Source of the DNA: Heptranchias perlo
Lineage: Eukaryota
NCBI RefSeq assembly: GCF_035084215.1
Contig: NC_090336.1
Location: 51,832,001 to 51,896,000 of the forward strand
Length of the DNA stretch: 64,000 nucleotides
Direction: 5' to 3'
The notes below the pieces were generated by a model. The model did no database searches and was not told the DNA's origin. It worked only from the letters and a program-made list of their open reading frames with translations. The position numbers were made by a program, and so were the translations under genes. This document shows, piece by piece, positions 51,165 through 63,435 of this stretch (positions are counted from its first letter, which is position 1; each line of letters opens with the position of its first letter).

Positions 51165-51850
51165 AGCACAGAGATTTCAGCACAGAAAGACACTATTTGA
51201 TTCATTGTGACTGTGCTTGCTCCAGATCAGCAGCATCTGTTCCAATCCAATTTATTTGCTCTTTCCCCTTTATTTGATGCAGAGGTAGATGAAAGGCTAT
51301 GGGAGGGAGAGTGAGGATTAATTTTGGATTGCTCTAGCAAAGAGCTGCCTAGAGATAGAAGGCTGAAGTGCTATAAACTTCCATGGTTCTAATATTTTTC
51401 TTCAAGTATTTATCTAATTTCCCCGTAAATGTCATAGTTCTCAGCTTCAATAGCCATTGGGTGTAATGTATCCCATTCCTAAAAACGCTTCATGTGAAAA
51501 TAAATTCTAACCTCCTCCTTCAATGCTGCTAGTACTAATCCTAAAATGATGTCCCTTTGTTACCAGCTCACAGACTACTGTATATAATCTTTCACTATTA
51601 ATCCTCTCAAACCCTTTAATGATTTCAACCACTTCTTTAGATCCCCAGAACCTTCCTTGCTCCAATAAATACCACCTTAGTTTTTCCAAGTCTCTCATCG
51701 TAACTCTTATCTTTTTATTTCTAATATCAGGCTGCAATAACTTTTCTATAATGGAGTGCCCAAAACTGCACACAGCACTTCATCTATGGCCCAACTAAAG
51801 ATTTGTGTGCCTGCATCTCCAGATCTTCTTGTTCTTTCTCCCCATTCATA
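51165..51850 (-). mobile_element. Old CR1 3' fragment
   Basis: Minus-strand AVCSFGH, IIKGFERI, VTKGH. Confidence 0.65.
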
Positions 51851-54800
51851 ACACTTAGGTGTACTAAGTTATATAGCTACAGCCTTAATTCAAAGTTGCC
51901 TATTTCAAATTACCTGATAATTTTTTTCGCACTAATTCCTACTTGGCTGCGTTATTTACATTGCTTAATTCAAATTATTGGAATTCAAAGTGCAAAATAC
52001 AACTATCGGAAGTAGACTGTAAATTTAAACTAAGAGATCTTCAAAGTACACTTGTGACCTACAATCTCAGGTGGGAGCAAGCAAATCAAATAGTTCTTTG
52101 GAGGTGCCAGTGATATTGTAGAACAGACCTCTGAATCTTCCACAGAACATAGCATGAAATCCCTGATAATCAACAATCAAATTGTGTTCATCAATGAAGT
52201 CTTTTCTCAAACTATGAGATACTGGCTGTAAATTGGGGAATAGTGGAATGTGGAAACTGAAACATGCAGTGCCAGGGGCTGCATAACTCATAAAACTGCT
52301 AACACTTCACTCCTGCCATATCAGAACTGATTTATTAGCTGTAATTCGTTGCGTGTAAACAGGGTTTCCGTCGCACTTCCGGCAGAGTTACGGCGGTGGA
52401 GTGGGAGCAGCTCCAAGGAAATTCCAGGCCAGTTGTCTCTCGATTTTGCCTACATCACACATTTAAAAGCCATTGGTTTTAAAATGTCATAAATATACAA
52501 TATAATCTATTTTTTGGAACAAAACTCCCAGCAAAAACTCCTTCAAAAAAATGTGCTGGTAATTATGAGTTAGAAAAGGAACTGAAGGAAATAGGGTTAA
52601 ATAATGACCGAGGCAGTCAGGTAGAATCCCACTGGTACTCTGCTGGAATAGGAGTCGATTAAAACATTGTTTGTCGCCTTGTGCTATAATCAATTTTACG
52701 TCTTTAATACGGAACAAAGTTCATTGTGTTATTTGTGGTAAGGCACTGTTTCTTTGAGAATGGCCCTATTTAGTTCAACGAGATCTCAGAATGTGATACA
52801 TGCCGCAGCCCATTAAGTGATAATTCATTGCTGTAAATTATCATATGGAGACAGTGGGATTATTGCTAATGGCTGTGGAATAAATACAACGACATGATTT
52901 ATTTTGCTAGCCTGTATTATTTTGCCACCAAAAAGTCATTCCCGAAGGAATACTACAAACTTAATATGGAAATTTGTTCAGACGTTTTAAAACCTAATAT
53001 CATTAAAATGTAAGGTGGCCAAAAGGGAATGATTAAGCTGATCCTATCATACTTATTAATATTGGCTGGAACAGTGGCATTAAGACTTTGAAAGAATAAT
53101 TTTCCACTCAAAGTCGAGCGTTGAATTGCTTTGTCCTTGGAGACAGTACCTTTACAACAGGACTGAGCTCAAGACCTCTTTGACTTTATTCTTGACATCC
53201 TTTTTAGGCTACTTTACAAAACAAAGAATTAACACTAGCAATGCTTGCAGATGACAGGATGTACTAAAACAAGATTTTCCCCAGCATATTTGTACGAGCA
53301 ACCATATTCTGGTCAACTGAATGTTGCTACCATTGCTGTAGACACCGTTTCCACAGCAACTGCTTTTCTTCTTGTTATTGACATTGCTACATATCAAAGT
53401 TGTCTGCTCTGTGTGTTGGTACTTAATGCCATTTTGTTCGATCTGCCACACCCACTCCCCAATTCTTTGTGTCAAAACCACACAGCTCCAGGATGTGCTT
53501 CAATACACAACCTTAAAGCTTACCCTGTGAATATTTTTGATGTGTGGGCTGTGTTTTTATCAGCACTATCGCAACACTTTAATTTTCCATGTTTGAGCAC
53601 TTTGCAATTAGTAACATGGTCCTGTCATTTGATATGTATGATGGATCTAAGGTATTACAGATGAAACTTGCCGAGATTTTTGATGACAGGCTGGTTTCAC
53701 ATCGTAAAAGGAGAGCCATGATTCTACTTTGAGTTTTGTGTGCAACTGATATGTGCTCCTGTGAAATGCCTTGGGACATTTTATGACGTTAAAGGCAATG
53801 TATAAATGCAAATTGTTGTTGTTATCTTGGACAATGAGCATAGGGCTGAAGGACACAAGTACAAGGTTCAGAAGCCTCAACCAAAGTTAGAGATTAGGGA
53901 AAACTGCACCCCCCCCCAACAAATAATCGGAAATGTGGAACAAACTCCCAGAGAAGGTGATTCCATGTTAATTGAGACTTTTAAAATGGGGCTGGATCAT
54001 TGTCTGTTGAGAATAGGGGTCAGGGGTTATAGAGATATTTAGCAACACTGCTTGATTTTTCTCAGTAGGGTAGGGAAAAGGAATTTAAGGGTAAATTCCA
54101 CAATCCAAGTTCCCAGAGGAGAAGCCACACTTGAAGGCAGTGGAGGTCAGAAACCGGTTTACAACACTATAGAATCATAGAAAGTTTACAGCACAGAAGG
54201 AGGCCATTCCACCCATCGAGTCCACGCCAGCTCTATGCAAGAGCAATCCAGCTAGTCACATTCCCCCGCCCTATTATAACCCTGATTCTCTGACCTGCGG
54301 TCCCCGAGAAGCTCCAAGCTGGGAGCACGGGATTGCAGAATGTACCCTTTAGCGATTCTTATAGGATCAACAGGTGGTGTAGGAGGGAAGCCCATGACAG
54401 AATAATCATACAAAGATTCTGGATAGAGCTGATGAGTGGGCTGAATGGCCTTTTCTTGCTCAGGATTTTCTTATGTTCTCATGTACACTTATGGTGGGAA
54501 GAACATTCTAGGATATGTAAAATGGATGGATTCATGGGCAAAACACCATCATTGCAGTTAGATTCTTCTTTATTAACGTTATTATATTGGTATCCAATAC
54601 GCTGAATAAGAGGATAACAGTTAGGGAACGCAGAATCACTCATTTTCATGCCATACATAGATGTTTCCAGCATGTAAACAATGCCTCATGATATTTAATT
54701 TTAATTTAGGGAAGGCAGGCATGAATTCAGATTTCTTTCAGTAAATAGTATTTTGGGATACAGTATATGATTAATTTGAGACATGGCATATGCTAAGTGT

Positions 54801-56970
54801 AGCATGCTTGAGAGGAACAGGTGACTTTGGACCTATGGTTCCCAAAGCTTTCCATCAATGGGGATTTTCCTCGCCTCATGTCTGGGTCTGTTGCAGACTA
54901 ATTGATAGAGATTGATTGCTATGATTAGTCAACAACTGGCAGGATGTGGCTATCAGGATAGTAGAAGGCGAACGAGATGGACCTTAGTCTTTTCTCGTCT
55001 CACAATCCCTACGTTCTCATTAAGAGATTTGGGCCTGATTTTAGACTCACTACCAACCCATTTTTAGATGTAAATGGGGTGGTTGCCGACTTACCACCGG
55101 AGGCCCGAATGTTCTGATTTTCAGGCGGACCTCGATTTAGGTGGTCAGCACTCCCACCAGAAACAGGTGGGGGCCACATTAATGTATTATAATAGTGGTC
55201 AACTGACCCAGTTAAGACCCTGTGCAATTTTGGTGTCAATCAGGGCTACCACTGCTGCTTCCTCAAACTTCCCACAAACCATGGCCGGTAATGGCAATGA
55301 CGTCCTCTTCATTCTTTTTGGGACTTTTAAATCTTAATGGCTTCCTTCAGTTTAACCCCTTGCTGCTGGGTGTGCTCTTTACATTCCCTGCCATTTAAAG
55401 CTGCTACTCCATTGTCCCCAAAGGCCTCATCTTTAAGGTGCTGCTGCAGCCACACAGCGGTCTACGTACCACTAGATTTTCCACCCTCCCAAATGGCAAG
55501 AGGCCTTCAAGAAGTGCAATTAGTACTGGCAGTCCAATTTAACTGAGGTCCCACCACAAAAGTTGACCAGGCCTCCCGTGTAGTCCTCGGGTGGGTGGAG
55601 CAGTCGCCCTGCCCGTTGCCCGCCCAATGTACACCAGATATGAAAGATCGACCCCTTAGTAATCTACACCTCCAACTGGACAAAATATATGCACTGTACA
55701 TTACAATCCTGAAAAACAGAGGATAATAACAAATATAATAAAATGCACATCAGGACCTTTGATACGAACCGTAAATGCACAGGTTACAAAAATAAGTTGC
55801 GTGTCATCAGAGGGAGAAAGACTCAATCTCTGTGCATTACTATACATTATAAATGCAGCAAACAGTAACATGGAACGACAGCTTAGTGCGCTAATGCATT
55901 GTGCTACTGACTAGCAGGAGATGGTTTCATGACCGTGATTTCCAATGACCTACGGTGACATAGGGAAAATTATGGAGGGCAGTTCAACCTGAGCTGATCT
56001 CACACATTTCCGAATACTCGTTCCACAAATTTCGGGAAAGATGTACATGTAAGTCATCAGCCGCCCTTTTAGCGAGGATTGGTTACGCTGCACCGAGACC
56101 TACATTTTAAAGAATGCTCCAGGGAAGCCAGACAGAAATAATAATTGTGAGCCTCTATTATTGAAAACTGTAAAAGTACTGCTAGCCGAGCTGGTTGTCT
56201 ACTGGTAAAATGATATGTTCTTTTCAGTTAGCACTTAGCTGAGTGCTGAAGAGCGATAGACCCGAAATCCAGCACGCCTTATGATATCACGTTATTTTTG
56301 GGTGATGTAATAACCAAATGACCAGTACAACTGCTCCCATATCTCCCATTTTTGGGAAACTGGAATTTCAGTCCCATTATTACGCTCTATGTGTCAAAGT
56401 TCCTGGAAAAACTAACTTGGGGTGTTTTTGTAAGAATAAGGTTTAAATCAAGCATAGAAAATGGGGGCGGGGGGGGCAAAAGTTCAGCATCTCTGTGAAA
56501 ACAAGGATAGCTCACACAGCAGAACATCAGGGAGGCCATAGAATATATAACATTAACGTCACAAGGTGGTTTACATCATAACTAGAGATGTAGTTGCTAC
56601 AAAAACGACATTGGTGGGGCCGTGCAAGGCCGAATAAGGGGGCTGTACTCAGATAAGAAAAGCCACGCGTTCCTCAAAGGAACAAACAGCTTGTAAACAG
56701 AGATGAGAGTTGAGGTCATGAACGACGTTACGTAAAACAGTTTATCTTGAGTTGCAGTGGGAGGACTTAAGACCACGAGAAAAGACCAGCGGTGCTTACG
56801 TACAGAACAACGTAGCCAAATAGTATAAAGATAGGACATGCTCCTTCCCGAAAGTGAGAGCTCTCAAGAGGGGATGGTCTGAAGTCCAGGGCCACAGGCA
56901 GTCCATGGAAGTCAGGTCTGATCATCCTGGATACTTGGACAGATCAGATTGTATTGATTGCTTGTCATTA

Positions 56971-58795
56971 GCGAGAGCGGAGCGGGGATAAAAACAGCGC
57001 AGAGCGAGAGCTCACCAGAGCGGCGGGAAACAGTGAGAGCGGAACGGGGATAAAAACAGCGCAGAGCGAGAGCGGACCAGAGCGGCGGGAAACAGCGAGA
57101 GAGGAGCGGGGATAAAAACAGCGCAGAGCGAGAGCTCACCAGAGCGGCGGGAAACAGTGAGAGCGGAGCGGGGATAAAAACAGTGCAGAGCGAGAGCTCA
57201 CCAGAGCGGCGGGAAACAGCGAGAGAGGAGCGGGGATAAAAACAGCGCAGAGAGAGAGCTCACCAGAGCGACGGGAAACAGCGAGAGCGGAGCGGGGATA
57301 AAAACAGCGCAGAGCGAGAGCTCATCAGAGCGGCGGGAAACAGCGAGAGCGGAGCGGGGATAAAAACAGCGCAGAGAGAGAGCTCACCAGAGCGGCGGGA
57401 AACAGCGAGAGCGGAGCGGGGATAAAAACAGCGCAGAGAGAGAGCTCACCAGAGCGGCGGGAAACAGTGAGAGAGGAGCGGGGATAAAAACAGCGCAGAG
57501 CGAGAGCGGACCAGAGCGGTGGGAAACAGCGAGAGCGGAGCGGGGATAAAAACAGCGCAGAGCGAGAGCTCACCAGAGCGGCGGGAAACAGCGAGAGAGG
57601 AGCGGGGATAAAAACAGCGCAGAGCGAGAGCGGACCAGAGCGGCGGGAAACAGCGAGAGCGGAGCGGGGATAAAAACAGCGCAGAGAGAGAGCGGACCAG
57701 AGCGGCGGGAAACAGCGAGAGCGGAGCGGGGATAAAAACAGCGCAGAGCGAGAGCGGACCAGAGCGGCGGGAAACAGTGAGAGCGGAGCGGGGATAAAAA
57801 CAGCGCAGAGCGAGAGCTCACCAGAGCGGCGGGAAACAGCGAGAGCGGAGCGGGGATAAAAACAGCGCAGAGCGAGAGCTCACCAGAGCGGCGGGAAACA
57901 GCGAGAGCGGAGCGGGGATAAAAACAGCGCAGAGCGAGAGCTCACCAGAGCGGCGGGAAACAGCGAGAGCGGAGCGGGGATAAAAACAGCGCAGAGCGAG
58001 AGCGGACCAGAGCGGCGGGAAACAGCGAGAGCGGAGCGGGGATAAAAACAGCGCAGAGCGAGAGCTCACCAGAGCGGCGGGAAACAGCGAGAGCGGAGCG
58101 GGGATAAAAACAGCGCAGAGCGAGAGTGGACCAGAGCGGCGGGAAACAGTGAGAGAGGAGCGGGGATAAAAACAGTGCAGAGCGAGAGCTCATCAGAGCG
58201 GCGGGAAACAGCAAGAGCGGAGCGGGGATAAAAACAGCGCAGAGCGAGAGCTCACCAGAGCGGCGGGAAACAGCGAGAGCGGAGCGGGGATAAAAACCGC
58301 GCAGAGCGAGAGCTCACCAGAGCGGCGGGAAACAGCGAGAGCGGAGCGGGGATAAAAACAGCGCAGAGCGAGAGCGGACCAGAGCGGCGGGAAACAGCGA
58401 GAGCGGAGCGGGGATAAAAACAGCGCAGAGCGAGAGCTCACCAGAGCGGCGGGAAACAGCGAGAGCGGAGCGGGGATAAAAACAGCGCAGAGCGAGAGCG
58501 GACCAGAGCGGCGGGAAACAGTGAGAGCGGAGCGGAGATAAAAACAGCGCAGAGAGAGAGCTCACCAGAGCGCGGGAAACAGTGAGAGAGGAGCGGGGAT
58601 AAAAACAGGGAGAGAGGAGCGGGGATAAAAACAGCGAGAGAGGAGCGGGGATAAAAACAGCGAGAGAGGAGCGGGGATAAAAACAGCGAGAGAGGAGCGG
58701 GGATAAAAACAGCGCAGAGCGAGAGCTCACCAGAGCGACGGGAAACAGCGAGAGCGGAGTGGGGATAAAAACAGCGCAGAGAGAGAGCGGACCAA
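56971..58795 (+). repeat. Tandem array of 62-bp GC-rich monomers (about 29 copies) at the 5' end of a CR1
   Basis: Unit agcgagagcggagcggggataaaaacagcgcagagcgagagctcaccagagcggcgggaaac, with ctcacc/cggacc variants. A 27-bp sub-unit is repeated at about 58590-58710. Confidence 0.95.
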
Positions 58796-59066
58796 CCGGG
58801 TTCTGATCAAAAAAAAATCAAAGAGTGACGTCACAGGTAAAGCAGGAGGGTGGTTGGTGGTGAGTATTTCTTTTTCTTGGAACTGTGGGCTAAGTTACCA
58901 TAAAACCAGGTAACATAACCACATTTATAATTAACTAATTAACTAAACTTAAGTTCTGCAGGTTTTATAGCAGGTAGTGTTATTTTAGTGAACCGAGGTC
59001 CCGAGTATCGTTAACATTTTCTAATTTCAACGTAATTTAAAAGGGGTAACTAAGCTAAGGCAAGTC

Positions 59067-60017
59067 ATGGCAGCAGACCTCGCACCCGTGATATGCCCCT
59101 CCTGCAAGATGTGGGAAGTCATGGACACGACCAGTGTCCCTGCCGACCATGTGTGCGGGAAGTGTGTCCACCTGCAGCTACTGACCGATCGTATCTCGGA
59201 GCTGGAGCTGCGGGTGGATTCACTGTGGAGCATCCGCGATGCAGAGAAACTCGTGGATAGCACGTTTAGCGAGTTGGTCACACCGCAGGTAAAGGGTGTA
59301 CAGGCAGGAAGTGAATGGGTGACCACCAGGCAGAGTAAGAGGTGCAGGCAGGTCGTGCAGGGGTCCCCTGTGGCCATCCCCCTCTCAAACAGGTATACCG
59401 TTTTGGATGCTGTTGGGGGAGATGGCTCACCAGGGGAAGGTGACAGCGGTCAGGTTCATGGCACCGTGGCTGGCTCTGCTGCACAGAAGGGCAGGAAAAA
59501 GAGTGGCAGAGCTATAGTGATAGGGGACTCGATTGTAAGGGGAATAGACAGGCGTTTCTGCGGACGCAACCGAGACTCCAGGTTGGTATGTTGCCTCCCT
59601 GGTGCAAGGGTCAGGGATGTCTCGGAGCGGCTGCAGGACATTCTGGAGGGGGAGGGTGAACAGCCAGTTGTCGTGGTGCATATAGGTACCAACGATACAG
59701 ATAAAAAATGGGATGAGGTCCCACAAGCTGAATTTAGGGCGTTAGGAGTTAAACTAAAAAGTAGGACCTCAAAGGTAGTAATCTCAGGATTGCTACCAGT
59801 GCCACGGGCTAGTCAGAGTAGGAATGACAGGATAGCTAGGATGAATATGTGGCTTGAGAGATGGTGCAAGAGGGAGGGATTCAAATTCCTGGGCCATTGG
59901 AACCGGTTCTGGGGGAGGTGGGACCAGTACAAATTGGACGGTCTGTATCTGGGCAGGACTGGAACCAATGTCCTAGGGGGGGTGTTTGCTAGTGCTGTTG
60001 GGGAGGGTTTAAACTAA
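59067..60017 (+). CDS. CR1 ORF1p: zinc finger, coiled coil and SGNH/GDSL esterase (316 aa, uninterrupted)
   Basis: CPSC...CGKC; heptads LTDRISELELRVDSL; IGDSIV, PGA, HIGTND; DGLY at the usual DGxH position. Confidence 0.9.
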   Translation: MAADLAPVICPSCKMWEVMDTTSVPADHVCGKCVHLQLLTDRISELELRVDSLWSIRDAEKLVDSTFSELVTPQVKGVQAGSEWVTTRQSKRCRQVVQGSPVAIPLSNRYTVLDAVGGDGSPGEGDSGQVHGTVAGSAAQKGRKKSGRAIVIGDSIVRGIDRRFCGRNRDSRLVCCLPGARVRDVSERLQDILEGEGEQPVVVVHIGTNDTDKKWDEVPQAEFRALGVKLKSRTSKVVISGLLPVPRASQSRNDRIARMNMWLERWCKREGFKFLGHWNRFWGRWDQYKLDGLYLGRTGTNVLGGVFASAVGEGLN

Positions 60018-61038
60018 TGTGGCAGGGGGATGGGAACCGATGCAGGAAGTCAGTGGGAAGTAAAGTGGTGACAGAAACAAAAGGCAGTAAGGGAGAGTGT
60101 ACAAAACATGACTGGACAGATGGTCTGAGAAAGCAGGGCAAAGACCAAGGGAAGTCTAGATTAAACTGCATTTATTTCAATGCAAGAAGTCTGATGGGCA
60201 AGGCAGATGAACTCAGGGCATGGATGGGTACATGGGACTGGGATGTTATAGCTATTACTGAAACATGGCTAAGGGAGGGGCAGGACTGGCAGCTCAATGT
60301 TCCAGGGTATAGGAAAGATAGAGCAGGAGGTAAGAGAGGAGGGGGAGTTGCGTTCTTGATTAGGGAGAACATCACGGCAGTAGTGAGAGGGGATATATCC
60401 GAGGGTTCGCCCACTGAGTCTATATGGGTAGAACTGAAAAATAAGAAGGGAGAGATCACTTTGATAGGATTGTATTACAGACCCCCAAATAGTCAACGGG
60501 AAATTGAGGAGCAAATATGTAAGGAGATTACAGACAGCTGCAAGAAAAATAGGGTGGTAATAGTAGGGCCACACTTGGAATACTGTGTACAGTTCTGGTC
60601 ACCCTATTATAGAAAGGATATTATTAAACTAGAAAGAGTGCAGAAAAGATTTACTAGGATGCTACCGGGACTTGATGGTTTGACTTATAGGGAGAGGTTA
60701 GACAGACTGGGACTTTTTTCCCTGGAGAGTAGGAGGTGAAGGGGTGATCTTATAGAAGTCTATAAAATAATGAGGGGCATAGATAAGGTAGATAGTCAAA
60801 ATCTTTTCCCAAAGGTAGGGGAGTCTATAACGAGGGGGCATTTAAGGTGAGAGGGGAGAGATACAAAAGGGTCCAGAGGGGCAATTTTTTCACTCAAAGG
60901 GTGGTGAGTGTCTGGAACGAGCTGCCAGAGGCAGTAGTAGAGGCGGGTACAATTTTGTCTTTTAAAAAGCATTTGGACAGTTACATGGGTAAGATGGGTA
61001 TAGAGGGATATGGGCCAAGTGCAGGCAATTGGGACTAG
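60017..61038 (+). pseudogene. CR1 ORF2 remnant: N-half of APE endonuclease fused in frame to the post-RT C-terminus
   Basis: YFNARSL, ITETWL, GGGVA, YYRPP, VVIVG then directly PHLEYCVQFWSP. Stop at 60737-60739. ORF1 and ORF2 overlap at TAATG. Confidence 0.88.
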
Positions 61039-62124
61039 CTTAGTGGTATAAACTGGGCGACATGGATGTGTTGGGCCGAAGGGCTTGTTTCCATGTTGTA
61101 AACTTCTATGATTCTATGATTCTATTAATGTAATCTGTAGACAGTTGCATTATAACTATAATAACTGTTGAATGTAATGTTTAAGAAAGCTGTAATGCAT
61201 CTCTGTTGTATGTCAGTCTATTAAACTTGCTATTTTATAACCATTTGGGCTAGAATCAAGCGGAGGTTATTGTTGATGGATTAACAACCCATAGTTGTGA
61301 CAGTAACGGAGAAATCTGCTCACAGTTTGAAAGGAAGGTTGCTTCCTTTTGTCTGACTCTGCAACGTCAGGCACAGTGCAAATCTCATCTCTGCCCATTG
61401 ATGAAATACTGTCATCTGATTTGACAAAGAAAAAGCCCATCTTGTGCTCCAAGGTAAAGGAATACCAATAAATCATTGACTGGTAAGTGTCATGGTCGTA
61501 GAGCAGGCTGAGCCTCGCTGAGCAGAAATGATCTTTCATCCCTGCAGGGTAGAGGGGGTGGAATTAGAAAATCATCAGGAGACGTCACACCACATCAGTG
61601 TCATAAATCCCTGCTTAAATGGTGTCCTTTGTAGGCAGAAGGTAAAACACAGAGGCAATCATCACTTGCAGAACCAGGATTTCTGGATCAGATATAAAAC
61701 CACAAAAAGGCTCTGAACTTGCTCTGTGGCAAAATAGCATAAATTGTCATGGATTTTTATGTTCTCAGAAATCTGAAGGATTTCATAATATTTGTTACAG
61801 AAGGTTTCAGCTGCACCCTGTTAATATGCCGCCTGATATGTCATAAATAAAAGAAATTAAAGGAACAGTCAGGATCCTAAATTTCAATGACCAAAGAAAG
61901 AAGCTAATCAGTGCCATTTATAGGCCAAAGGCAGTTCATATCGACTACCTCATCAGTGCAGGAGCATACCCTGTTCGATGCTTACAATCTCATTGAAGAT
62001 TGGGATGGAGATTTCCCTGCAGCAACAAAAGGGGACTGGGAACGAGACCAAGATTCTAGAGTACCCAGTGAGGTTGTGTGTCATTTAGGGAAAGACGTTC
62101 AGATTTTGAGGAAAGAAGAGAACA

Positions 62125-62905
62125 TAGATATAGAAACATAGAAAACAGGAGCAGGAGTAGGCCATTCGGCCCTTTGAGCCTGCTCCACCATTCAATATGA
62201 TCATGGCTGATCCTCTATCTCAATACCATATTCCCGCTCTCTCCCCAAACCCCTTAATGCCTTTTGTGTCTAGAAATCTATCTAGCTCCTTCTTAAATAT
62301 ATTCAGTGACTTGGCTTCCACAGCCTTCTGTGGTAGAGTTCCACAGGATCACCACCCTCTGAGTGAAGAAATTTCTCCTCATCTCAGTCCTAAATGTCCT
62401 ACCCTGTATCCTGAGACTGTGACCACCTCGTTCTGGACCCACCCAGGGGAAACATCCTCCCTGCATCCAGTCTGTCTAGCCCTGTCAGAATTTTATATGT
62501 TTCAATGAGATCCCCTCATTCTTCTAAACTCTAGTGAATACAGGCCGAGTCGACCCAATCTCTCCTCATATGACAGTCTTGCCATCCCAGGAATCAGTCT
62601 GGTGAACCTTCGCTGCACTCCCTCTATGGCAAGTATATCCTTTCTTAGGTGAGACGACTAAAACTGCACACAATACTCCAGGTGTGGTCTCACCAAGGCC
62701 CTGTATAACTGCAGTCAGACATCCTTGCTCCTGTACTCAAATCCTCTTGTAATTAAGGCCAACATACCATTCGCCTTCCTAACTGCTTGCTGCACCTGCA
62801 TGTTTGCTTTCAGTGACAAGTGTACAAGGACACCCAGGTCCCTTTGTACATCAACATTTCCCAATCTATCACCATTTAAATAATACTCTGCCTTTCTGTT
62901 TTTCC
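62125..62905 (-). mobile_element. CR1 LINE 3' fragment (same family as 21335-22090)
   Basis: YYLNGDRLG..QRDLGV..RKANGML; atagaaacatagaaa tail. Confidence 0.92.
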
Positions 62906-63247
62906 TTCGTGGCAAGATGACTTCCTGAATGAAATTCTCACTGTTTCAATACTGTCAAAAATCAAAGTTTAATATTCAATAATAAGTGAAAAAAAATCAT
63001 CACCAATATATGATCTATAGTTCATTGTTCTACCTATGAGGGAGTAAATCCACAAGTTCATTTGAAATCAAAAGTTATCACAGGGGCATACATATATAAT
63101 AAGGAATTACTCAAGCAGAAACATTACTTAACCAATACAGAATCATCTTTTATTCTGATAGTAGGCTAGCATTGTTCTCATCCTGAGGTGTCCAAAATAC
63201 AGTCTTTGGGCCATACGTGAATTTGAGGTTTGGAAAGGGCTGTTCTT

Positions 63248-63435
63248 ACATAGGAACAGGGATAGGCCATGCAGCCATTCGAGCCTATTCCGCCATTCAA
63301 TGTACCTACATTTACTCACCTTTGCTTCATATCCCTTAATACGATTATCCAACAAAAATCTATCGATCTCTCATTTTTGATTTTTTTAAATTGACCTAGC
63401 CTCATCAGCTTTTGAGGGAGAGAGTTCCAGATGTC
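63248..63435 (-). mobile_element. CR1 3' end fragment
   Basis: cataggaacagggataggccat...; minus-strand WNSLPQK. Confidence 0.7.

Larger units (their letters stand above)
56971..61123 (+). mobile_element. Non-autonomous CR1: tandem 5' monomers, 5'UTR, open ORF1, internally deleted ORF2, 3' tail
   Basis: ORF1 and ORF2 as listed separately; (ATTCTATG)n tail; ATTA on both flanks (56967-56970 and 61124-61127). Confidence 0.8.

Noticed and set aside
53209-53664. Overlapping 90-aa and 139-aa ORFs in unique sequence
   Set aside because: No recognisable domain or convincing splice signals.
56912-58730. Repeated MSSRSALFLSP... ORFs
   Set aside because: These are translations of the 62-bp tandem array; the unit length is not a multiple of three.
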